From positions 945,153 to 1,009,152 of the forward strand of contig NMRA01000042.1 in NCBI GenBank assembly GCA_002633005.1: a stretch of 64,000 nucleotides of DNA, read 5' to 3'. Under the pieces are notes generated by a model, which made no database searches, had not been told where the DNA came from, and saw only the letters and a program-made list of their open reading frames with translations. Origin of the DNA: Phoronis australis. Taxonomy: Eukaryota; Animalia; Phoronida. Positions 15,501 through 25,901 of this stretch are shown piece after piece. Position 1 is the first letter of the stretch. Each line of letters begins with the position of its first letter. The translations under genes and the position numbers were made by a program.

Positions 15501-18500
15501 TGACAGACAAAATACACTCTGGGTTGTGCCCGGCAGAAACCCCCCAAAATCTCAACCATGGTATGCCATCAAAATTTGAGCTAGACTAAATTTTCGAGGT
15601 ACCGTCCAAAACTGATTTAAAACGAACAATTGTACCGCACTGAACACTGAATGACCCATGACAGACAAACTACACACTGAATTTCGACATCATGTAAAAT
15701 TTCTTTCAAAAACTTACCACTAGACGAGTTATCTGTCTCACATCTTGACACCCGTCTGCTTTTCGCTTCTTGTGATCATGAGAGTAAACAAAGGCTTTAG
15801 TGAACGAAAGTTTTCTATAATTAGTTTTTGTTTCCTGCGGTCCCATTTTTTGCAGTTAACTTATTAAATACACCATTATTGTCACCAATTGAGAATATGT
15901 GTACTTCGATTTCCGTGGTGCAATTTTTAACATCTTGTTGTCCAGCTGATTGGGTTTCCCACCCCAGTACTTGAACTAGCAGGGGGAAGCTGCATGGACA
16001 ATTGTAGCTCCATTTTTAAGGTCATTTCTGGGTTTCTGGCCGACTATTTCCAGAGTAAAATTTGTCTTTCACAGGTAACTGGGTGTTCAGTGCATCATGA
16101 TTGTTGGTTTCAAATCAATTTAAGCCCGATACCTTGAAAATCTAACTGTCTCAAAAATGGCATACCGTGGTTGAGATTTTTTAGGGTTTCTGCCACGCAC
16201 AATCCAGAGTGTATTTTGTCTGCCGGTCATAGGGCATTTAGTAACCTGTGACACGTATTGAAACTCATGTAATTGTGTAATTGGTTGTTGTGGTACCTCA
16301 AATGTATGTGTTAGCTCATTTTTGGGGGTCCTTTTTTGGTTTCTGCCGGACCCATTCCAGAGTGCAATTTGTCTGTCATGGGTCATTCGGTGTTCAGTGC
16401 TGTACTATTGTTCGTTTTAAATCAGTTTTGGTTGATACCTCGAATATCTAGTCTAGCTCATTTTTGTGCCCTTTGTAAGCCCCCCAGGGGTCACACCCAG
16501 CGTGCAGACAACGGCAGACGTCCATTTCTGCACATCACTGAGGTGGACTCTAAATGCTCCCGTGGTCAGATGTTGATACCTCTTTCATCTATGCTAAGTG
16601 CTCTGGGCTGCCGGTCTATTACAACGCTGTATGCAGATCTCATTCCGCAGGATTTCCAGTGTACGCTAGTCGTATAGGACCCACGTGTGATCACGAATGA
16701 ACTGTAAATGATTCTGTTTGTTTAACACCTTATTTTTAAATGGTCCTTTACCAAACCAAAAACTGAACAAATGGCAGTATGTGTTTAAAAACTGGCGTTT
16801 GACTTCCCTTTGTTTCAAAAGCGGGTGAGCGGGGCAGTGATGCAAGAAAATGACGTTCATCAGATTTATGTGTTTCTTTTTAAACAACGATGACTGATAA
16901 TGTCGGTTGTCAGTTTCAATATAAAAAACTTGCGCACTATTGGATGTGCTGGATGCATGTTTTGTTGTGAGAAGACCGCAAATAAATTGTGTCAAGGTTC
17001 GAATTCACATTACTAAAATGTAGAATTGCCTTGTAATAGAAAATAATTACAGGCAGTCTGATACACGACTTGTACCCGAGACGTGCACAGGTCACGCATG
17101 TGTGGTCCTGTTGCACTGATCACCTGGAAACTTTTTCATGCTATATTAACATATAGTTAAAACCGAGCTGAGGACCCGGACATCCGGTTTAGCAGTACGT
17201 GTGACCCAGTAGGATTCGAACCCATGACCTCGAGTAAAGACAATAGGCACCTATCACACAGGCCACACAGTCTCCTCTAGAATTACCTTAAATCTAAAGC
17301 TATAGTTGTTAGCAGCAGATGGATATGAGATTTAAAGGTACGTACTTCTACGTTACTATGTCCATCGAAGCAAGCAAAGTCTATTTCAAGGAGTTTAGAC
17401 CCAACTGTTTCAAAGTCCAGTTGAGCCTTCAAAGTAAAGTTGATAACACTTTCATTCGGCAACAACTCCATATTCACGTAATCGTAAGTCCCTTCCTTTT
17501 TAGTGAAAGCCACAGCACTAACATTTCGCAGTTGAATGCTGCCGAGAACAGTACCTGGAAGATTGAAGTACAAGAAAGAAATGTGAATTAAAGGATAACG
17601 GGACTGTTTTATCAAAGTTCCACATCTTTTCGTAGTCATTATGGTCAAGAACGTTATGGCGAGGCCAACATAGCACTTTTGTAACAGCGAATCAACAACT
17701 TCTGACTAAAAAGGTGGCCCAAGTCGAAGTTCGCACTCAAGCTAAATAAAAAGGTCTCGTGGAAAAGTGACCCTGAGAAATGACCACCTTTAAAATGACC
17801 AAATATCTAGCCGAGATTACTTTTTGACTGGGTTCTACGGTACACTAAATCAATATTTACCTTCTTGATGGAAAGTGTATTCAAATTTTACTAATTTTTG
17901 ATGGCCATGAGATTGATCTTTGTTACGAACCCTCCTCCCGTCAAAAATACTGACATTTCGGATTTAAGCCATATAGTTATACCAAAGTTTTTTTTGGCAT
18001 ATAGTCTCTTTCTGAAACGATATAATCTATGAATCTCTTACCAACTGGTGAATTTTCCCAAAGGACGGTGTTTTTTGCAATCAGGTGACAGCACGGCAAG
18101 TCACTTCTGAACTCTCTTGTATCTAATACATCACATGCTACAAGAAAAAGTTAAACAATAATGAACTCATTTCGACATATTTCCTTATTCCTCCAGAACA
18201 TTAAAAAAAATGCAAGTTATCAATTAAGTCAGATCAAAAACATGTTAAAGACCTTGAGTTAAACACTAGTTTAAGTTCAGTGGCTACTTATAAAGGTCTT
18301 GTATCCGAGTTGTTTCCTCAACAGTGAAAGGCCTGGCATTTTTTTCATTTTTTCACATTAAAATGCAAGTTAGAGGTAAATTTCTGGTTGTGAAATTTTG
18401 GACATACCATTCCAAACAAAAATGATTTCCAAAACTGATAACGTCACCAGTTAATTTGCAAATCTTTTATTTGTGTATTTGATAAACAGTTGTTTTTAAC

Positions 18501-21215
18501 AAAACTTATTAAACTTACACATGATGGTCATATCCTTTTTGAAACCAATCCGACATCTATCAAGTGAATATTTTTTATCCTAGGAAATTAATTAACCTTA
18601 AAATTTCAAAAGAAAAATGCCTTATAGTCATATCAGATAGAAACTGTCACATGTCGAGGTATTGACCATTCAAAAAGAACACAAATTTTCGAATGTTAGC
18701 ATCTATTTCAATGTTCAAGAAACAACTCCAGCACAAAACCTAAAAATAAGTAGCCATTGAACTTAGTTTGACTTTTGTATTAAAGTAAAATATTTTTTTC
18801 GAAAAATACGAAACACATTGCAGTAACAACACTATATGAAAAAAGAGATCGTCTCTAAGTCACCCGCCTCTTAATTTTCCATTCCACTGCTTCTAAGATG
18901 ACACTTCCCGAGCCCGTTACAATGTTTCCCTTACGTCGTGTACCCTCGCCTGGGTGTATGGGAGATCAATGATTCCCCAAATCAATTTTTCGGTGCGCTT
19001 GCACAGAATAAAGTTTTGAGACTGATTTGAAATGACTCAAGCAACCAGGGAGCACTTTTCAATAATTAAGAGGAACGCAAATCTGAAATAAATTTTGACA
19101 AGCTGTTTTAGAACCGTTGTGCCTCCCGGCTGGCTATTCTGTTTATTTTTGTGACGAGTGACAGGCATTTCTACCTTATTTCATCTTTGACATGTTTCAG
19201 ATTTTAGATAATACTATTCATAACTAGTCATGAGACTGAGAAGGTACCGCCACTGAGACGTTTGTTTCTAAACCTCGAATAAGCGTCATTGTAAAAAATT
19301 CGTCACACCCGCTTTTCAGGTGTACATGACTTTGTTTAAAAATACTAACAAAATAGTCGTATAACGTTTATTGGCGAACATTAAAGTTTTGCTACGACTA
19401 ACAAAAATTATGACCATCCTATAAAGAAAACTTGGAATGAGACCTAAATATTTCAATTGAACTAGTTAGTACGAGACGGGGAAGCATCGAATTTCGGTGC
19501 CCAAGAATTTTGGTACCACTTTTTAAATGGATCCAACGTGGTCATTTGTATGCTCCAAATAAATACTCCTAGAAGCACACGGGAACTTCTGAGAAACCAA
19601 GGAAAAAAAATGGAATGCCACTAGGAGGCTTTAGGCGAAAAAGACATAACTGCCACTAAGAGGCGCCACAGTAGACGAAGTCGTCGGAAAATCATCGTCA
19701 GATGTCCTCTTTACATTAGGAACATACATGCCAATTTCCACACTCATCTTTAGAGTGGTTTGGTTGACAGAGGTGCAGACGCCAAATAACAAGACTCAAA
19801 AACAGTAAATATGGCCACTAGATGGCGCAAAATATCACGAATCAAACAGAAAACCACAGGATTAAGCGTCAACTCACTAATAAATGCCCATATGCCAAAT
19901 TTTATGAATTGAAAATTCATTGAGGACTANTCCCCAAATCAATTTTTTGGTGCGCCTGCACAGAATAAAATTTTTAGACTGATTTGAAATGACTCAAGCA
20001 ACCAGGGAGCACTTTTCAATAATTAAGAGGAACGCAAATCTGAAATAAATTTTGACAAGCTGTTTTACAACCGTTGTGCCTCCCGGCTGGCTATTCTATT
20101 TATTTTTGTGACGGGTGACAGGCATTTCTACCTTATTTCATCTTTGACACGTTTCAGATTTTAGATAATACTATTCATAACTAGTCATGAGACTGAGAAG
20201 GTACCGCCACTGAGACGTTTGTTTCTAAACCTCGAATAAGCGTCATTGTAAAAAATTCGTCACACCCGCTTTTCAGGTGTACATGACTTTGTTTAAAAAT
20301 ACTAACAAAATAGTAGTATAACGTTTATTGGCGAACATTAAAGTTTTGCTACGACTAACAAAAATTATGACCATCCTATAAAGAAAACTTGGAATGAGAC
20401 CTAAATATTTCAATTGAACCAGTTAGTACGAGCCGGGGAAGCATCGAATTTCGGTGCCCAAGAATTTTGGTACCACTTTTTAAATGGATCCAACGTGGTC
20501 ATTTGTATGCTCCAAATAAATACTCCTAGAAGCACACGGGAACTTCTGAGAAACCAAGGAAATGGAATGCCACTAGGAGGCTTTAAGCGAAAAAGACATA
20601 ACTGCCACTAAGAGGCGCCACAGTAGACGAAGTCGTCGGAAAATCATCGTCAGATGTCCTCTTCACATTGGGAACATACATGCCAATTTCCACACTCATC
20701 TTTAGAGTGGTTTGGTTGACAAAGGTGCAGACGCCAAATAACAAGACTCAAAAACAGTAAATATGGCCACCAGATGGCGCAAAATATCACGAATCAAACA
20801 GAAAACCACAGGATTAAGCGTCAACTCACTAATGAATGCCCATATGCCAAATTTTATGAATTGAAAATTCATTGAGGACTATTGAAGATAAAGAGGTAAA
20901 ATTAAAAACTAAAATTGCCACTAGAGGGCACATCGGTAGTCCGATCCATCCGAAAGTAGTCGTCGTTTGTTGTCAAGTTCATATAAATAGACTTCCTAAA
21001 TTTAACAAAGATCCTGCAGTGGGTTTTGCAGATACAGTTGCGGACACCGGACGCCCAGACAAAGATGACGGCAATATGCGAACGTATATAATTATGTGGG
21101 CCCATAAAAAGGACAATAATTGAGAACAAACAGTTAACTTACCAGATTCTATCTTTTCAGCCAGGGCTGAGTATGTGATAGATAAGACAAGATATACAAC
21201 GCGCCAGAAGGTCAT
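559..21215 (-). CDS. Cadherin-related single-pass membrane protein (signal peptide, 5 EC repeats, TM); 3' end not in view. Coding exons in transcript order: 21215-21143, 18137-18042, 17554-17346, 14459-14367, 13573-13478, 11861-11766, 9896-9771, 8219-8123, 7717-7626, 6070-5897, 3602-3532, 3135-3051, 1570-1392, 861-559
   Basis: All exons are bounded by AG/GT and join in phase. Hydrophobic N-terminus MTFWRVVYLVLSITYSALA. Cadherin Ca-binding motifs LDFE/LDYE, DEHRPEF, ATDKD, DDDDQNPQF, AHDLD, VNEHPPVF, ATDVD, DVNDNNPVF, ASDMD, ARDSGQP. TM LYALAGVSGFLLVVCIILAVLTM followed by KFVR. Confidence 0.9.
2282..2347. repeat. Short palindromic dispersed repeat (TTTTGAGAACCAG...CTGGTTCTCAAAA..GGGACCC), copy 1
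   Basis: 13-bp inverted arms; a related copy lies at 4620-4686. Confidence 0.6.
4620..4686. repeat. Short palindromic dispersed repeat, copy 2
   Basis: TTTTGAGAACCAG...CTGATTCTCAAAA.TCTGGGACCC matches 2282-2347. Confidence 0.6.
8508..9040. repeat. Degenerate tandem array of ~160-170 bp units, possibly inside a Helentron-associated (HINE-like) element
   Basis: CATG..AAAATCAAGAG..CAAAATTCAG..GTCAAA recurs near 8585, 8747 and 8915. Confidence 0.45.
9598..9746. mobile_element. MITE with ~23-bp TIRs and TA ends (Tc1/mariner-like)
   Basis: TACGGTGTTTTCTCTATTAATTC ... GAATTAATAGAGAAAACATCGTA. Confidence 0.75.
12151..12310. mobile_element. MITE of the GGCGGATCCAG family
   Basis: GGCGGATCCAGGGGGG ... 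CTTGGATCCACCCTG; same family as 39326-39475. Confidence 0.6.
13390..13462. repeat. (AAC)n/(AAG)n compound microsatellite
   Basis: gaagaagaagaacaacaacaactacaacaacaacagcaac, next to a cadherin donor site. Confidence 0.8.
14977..15126. mobile_element. Small degenerate MITE
   Basis: GGCCCCGTTTCGTGAAA ... TTTCATGAACGGGAGCC imperfect TIRs. Confidence 0.5.
15141..16618. mobile_element. Foldback-type non-autonomous DNA transposon with long (~0.5 kb) TIRs and TTA flanks
   Basis: TAGACCGGCAGCCCAGAGCACTTAGCATAG is mirrored exactly at 16589-16618. The arms stay similar inward (mirror ORFs 15162-15395 and 16336-16677). TTA at 15138-15140 and 16619-16621. Confidence 0.85.
17162..17281 (-). mobile_element. 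tRNA-derived SINE fragment
   Basis: Minus strand reads GGAGACTGTGTGGCCTGTGTGATAGGTG (A-box-like) ... GGGTTCGAATCC (B box). A second diverged copy is at 40460-40571. Confidence 0.7.
18271..18766. mobile_element. Non-autonomous DNA transposon with ~20-bp TIRs and a TTAA-like target (piggyBac/Kolobok-type)
   Basis: TTAAGTTCAGTGGCTACTTA ... TAAGTAGCCATTGAACTTAG. Confidence 0.65.
18974..20881. repeat. ~955-bp tandem duplication split by a single N at 19930
   Basis: 18974-19929 is nearly identical to 19931-20881 apart from scattered SNPs and small indels. Confidence 0.9.
20415..21110 (+). mobile_element. HINE/Helentron-like non-autonomous element with internal subrepeats (partial duplicate at 19458-19929)
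   Basis: Internal units carrying TGCCACTAG.GGCGC and ATGCCAAATTT, a GGAC/AGAC microsatellite-like patch near 21045, and a 3' palindrome TATGTGGGCCCATA followed by AAAA. Confidence 0.5.
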
Positions 21216-24200
21216 CTTGGATTCAGTCACTAGTGACCTTGCATAACTCTACACCGTAGTTTCTGCTACCTGCAAGAAAAATTTTACTTAGTTCTAAAAG
21301 TATTTGTCCAACTTACAAAAGAATCAATAACAATTAAAGTTATACCAGAACCAGTTTTGGTATATTATCCAAAACTAGATTTTGTAAGATTTCCAGATTG
21401 AAAAAGGACCGAGAGGTCGCTACTGCTTCAGAACCAGGACCATTTAAGTGGTCACCGCGGGTTAATCTGAATTACCGAGGTTGTCATAGAAATTTCATGC
21501 GATGCATTGTGAATAAGCTTGTGAAAAGAATTGATATTTCAACACCGAAGGCCCGTTTCAAATTTGGTTTTACGCTCCCACGTCACGGCTCAAAAAGTTA
21601 TAATGAGTGCCTCGCAGTCTAAAACTTTATAGAAATTGTCTCAGTAATTGACAGTTATTTGTTTGTTGTAAGCAACTATGGAATTGTGCCTATAGACTAG
21701 TAAATTTTAATTCTTTTCACGTGGAGGGTAAGACAGATTTTCGGACTTTTAAGTATTTTTTTCATGAAACTAAACCCTGACTCCCGTTTCATAAAAGATA
21801 GTAACGGGATAATAGCTATGACATTCCATTAGAATACCTCGTGTGCTATATAGTTAAACGATGTACTTTTGACTTCATGCAACTACCCAGCCCACAATAT
21901 AATTTACATAGGCTTTAATAGCCTGCAACATGAACTGGTATGCTCAATGTTCAGTCCCGCGATTTGCTCTGCCGATATCACGTCACACAATCAACAATAT
22001 ACTTTTCATTTAAGAACAGGCAACAACGTGGCCAAAGTGAATATGCATATGGGTTCGACTTGATTATTTTGAGCGTACCTAATTCAAATTTCCCATGTAT
22101 CGTGCGTTTGAGGTCATTGTGAGGATAACACCAATTTCATATTTTTAGCCTGTTGCGTTTTTTCTAAAGGGGGTATCAAGTCGCGCAATCCTTGTTAGCT
22201 CATTCCTTCACCTACTTAACTCAAAATACGTCATGAAAGTGTAAGTTGTATCGTAACATATACAAACGTCATTCATCCTGGCAAATAACTACCTGACAGA
22301 AAGTCAACAGACAAGAAAAAGATTAGCGATTTTATCTTTGTTTTTGTTTTACATTGTTTAAAAGGAGGCGACTACCATATATATCAAGGGGTTTCCTGAT
22401 ATTGAAAAGATAAGTATAGATTTACAGCATGGTAAGACTGTTATTTCACGTACCTAGATGTCGAATGGAATTTGCAACATTTATCGTCCAAGGGGAACCG
22501 ATGGGGGTGGTGATTCCTTTAAGACTCCTGGGGAGTTTATATACAGAAAATGGGGTCCGAGAACACGTACTTGTTGACCATAACAACTAAAAACGTTCAG
22601 ATACAGGGTTTTAGGTTTAAAAGCTAGAAATGTTTGCTTTCACACCTACCGAAAAAATAAATTTCTCCATCTTTGAAATATACCGGTACCATCAACTAGC
22701 CAAGTAAACGAATGTTTCTGGAAGCACTATTCTCGAAAAATACTTTGAAAAAGATGAAATCGAGTTGAATGATTTGCACAAAAACATTAATTATCACAGA
22801 GTTTGCATTAAATTATAAAAACGAAGATTATTCAAGTTTCATATCGATAGTGGACCGGTGTCAATAAAGATCTACCATTTTTGAGACGGATGTGTCTTTT
22901 CAAAACATGTTATATTTATTTCCTTCATTTTATTTTGAAATATGGTCATATCAATTCAGTCATGCAGATTTATGGTCAAAATGAACTTCCGCACGCTACA
23001 CCTTGATATTCGCATGCTTTGAATGTTTAAAAATCTCATCTCAGTAGGTATTTTGGTCGATGCACAAACTGTTTGATACATTGACTCCAAGAATCTGAAT
23101 CTTCAGAGCAGGATCAAGAATTTATGATAATTTGCTTCACGTTGCCATAATTATTTACACTTCTCTGATGTTAATGCTTTGCACAGTTGAAAACCTGAAT
23201 AAGTGTTGCGTTACATAAGGGCGAGTTTGTCGAGGTCAGGTAAGCTTTTGCGAGATATATCGCAATGTGTTAAACGCGAGGCACGTGATCTAACATGTAT
23301 TAGATCTCTTGCAAGTTTTCCTTTACACCTTACAGAAAGTTTGAAAAATTGTATAAATACAACCGGAATTGGGAACTAAATCTTCGCCGGGACACAGATT
23401 CGCAAATATTAACATTGAATTGACAAAATATGAGCCATTTTGCTTTTCAGATATCTGAACTTTTTGTCCACCAATGTTCCCGTGATTCGGTTTTCGACAG
23501 CACGTGCTGGAGAGCGACTGGAAGGGTTTTGGAAATTTGTTTATTGAAAAGTACTAATACTCTTTTCAGCTGAACACGTTTACTGTGGGTGAGGAATTGG
23601 AAATGCAACGGCTGAATATTAACATCTATCATCCGGTTTTTAATTCGCAGTTCTTTGCCCACGAACCGAGTAGGTTCGAGTCTCTACCTCTTTTGACTTG
23701 AGAGCGTGATTTATAACGGCTAGTATCATTGCTCCTATTGTCGGAATCGTACCTCATGACCCGCTCAAATGTCCGCTCGCACATGATAATAAAAACTCCA
23801 GTCCTGTGGGTGAATGCTCAAGAGCTCGAAACCCATGTGCCCAGATATTACTTTCAGTATATTGGCAAACAGCTGAAAATCATGTGATTCCCAATTGTTT
23901 ATAATGACAGCCTCCTCGAGATACTGAGGAACAGAAGAGACACCATCGTCGTTAATAATTATTATTATTATGATTACTAACTGCTGTTAATTACTACTAT
24001 GAAATCTAACCAGTATCATCTTTATTGTACAAATTGTAATTTCTACGTATTGGTACATTAAAGATAACAATGATTATACAGATTTGCTTTTCAATGATAT
24101 TCAATAATTTTCTGCTTTAATTTTTCAAATGATTTTTCACATTACAATTTGAACTTCTTACTCGTTCGTTAACATCTTAGCGTCAAACCTAATCGTTGAC

Positions 24201-25608
24201 TTGGTGGAATACTAAAACGTCGGCAACACCGTGCCGTGTTTTTGAATTAATGGTTCACCTACATCAACAGTTCTATAAAACTTGGTTCATCCAGGGCTTA
24301 GAACGAGCATTGACAAAAAAGGGAAAAAATTTCCAGTTGATGAATTGTTCCACAAATAAATAGGCTGGTGTGATAGAAATATCTTTTGTGTTGTGAAATT
24401 TAACTGGAATATACGTTTTCCATGTATAAAGTCTAAATAATGATAAAAAGAGACTAAAAAGAGAGGAATACTCTTAAAGGAAAAAAATCCAAGCCCTGTT
24501 CATCAATTCTAGGAAGGTTCTTGGAATCGTGTTTGTCAGAAGTTGTTTTAACAATTTAAAAATCTCGCATGAGATGGAGGTATGCAATGGAGGTATGCAC
24601 CAGGTTGGTCAATAATTCCCAAAACCCGAGGATGTTGAGTAAATGTTGGTATCTGAAATAAAGCTCCAGATTTGACAAAATATGCCGGTCAAGGTAAACT
24701 AAGTCACTAAATTGTCGCTCAAACTTACCGAGTCTCTCGTCTTCACGAAGTTTATTAGTTGAAAATTTGATAACGGACTCCGCGGGTATTGGCATAAACA
24801 CATCTCTTATCTGCGACTATTTTATGACGCAAAAGAGGAAATCAAGGCTGTGTCAACTTGACTCTTTAACTATCAGTAGTTTATAGTAGTCGGAGAATAG
24901 CAACCTAAGCTAGTTTGACATGTTCTGAGATAAGAGTTTGTGGATTTAGAAGGCAGGTTTTGTGCGACTTGAATTTAGATTCAGTCCGCAACAAAAAAAC
25001 GTCCAGAATTAGTCAACTTCAAAACTCCGTATCTCAGAAATGAGAATGAATGATTGCGTACAACTAAAACTTTCAAGTACAATTAAACAGTATGGATTTT
25101 CATCTTTTCAACTTTCATAAAATAAACAGATCACGATCACTTAGAAATCGTTAAATAGGTTTGACGTCGAGTCATCTCTGCGCCTATGCGCCTCCCAACT
25201 ACTTGTGGTTTACCGATAAGGGAACAATTCCTAACCAGCTTTTATAATTCCTCGTTCCGTCAAAAAACGGCCTTTTGATTTACAGCATTACCTGTACAAA
25301 ATGGATCTCAGCTTATTCGCTACCCAAATGACCAGTGATGTCTGAGTTTGCAAAGAAACTGACAGGCCTTGTCACGGCGACTTAGATTCATGCAGTATGG
25401 CCGTATTTTAACCAGTTCCAACGCAAGGATAATAACGTGGTTACATTTCAAGACTCAATACACCCGTGAGAAAGTTGAGGTTTTTAACATCACAGCAAGG
25501 TTTGACAAATTCAGATGAAAAATAGTTCAATAACGCCATAAAAGAATTGTCGAAACATCGTCAAGTTAAAAGAGGAATCCGTGTCTTCAAAGAAAACTCT
25601 TTGTTAAG

Positions 25609-25901
25609 TAAGGTTATGTAGGACCCCAGAAAAATCTCCAAATTTGGCTAACTTAGTCGGAACATCATATCTCAAAAATGGCCGTTCGATTGTTTAAATC
25701 CATATGAAACAGTTTCATGCTATGATTCATGCATAGTTTTTCACAATGCCACGAGGATTTTTCAAACGTTACCCCATCAATGACCTGTTGGTAAAAAGGC
25801 GATGGTCAAACTCTACAGGTTTTCTGTTTTCAGAAAATATAGTTTTATTGAGTTACAGTCTATGTATATACACTAACCGATAAGCTACCACATAACGTTA
25901 A
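25609..25901. mobile_element. Degenerate TIR element (TAAGGTTATGTAG family)
   Basis: TAAGGTTATGTAGG ... CCACATAACGTTAA; a similar left end TTAGGTTATGTAGGG at ~9948. Confidence 0.4.

Noticed and set aside
15162-16677. Mirror-image ORFs starting MVSAGPIPEC on both strands
   Set aside because: A by-product of the foldback TIRs; no protein features.
17162-17281. Possible tRNA gene
   Set aside because: It has a B box, but I could not build a clean cloverleaf, and a diverged second copy shares the non-tRNA tail, so it is a SINE.
23660-23830. B-box-like GGTTCGAGTC, possible SINE or tRNA
   Set aside because: No A box or second copy found in the window.
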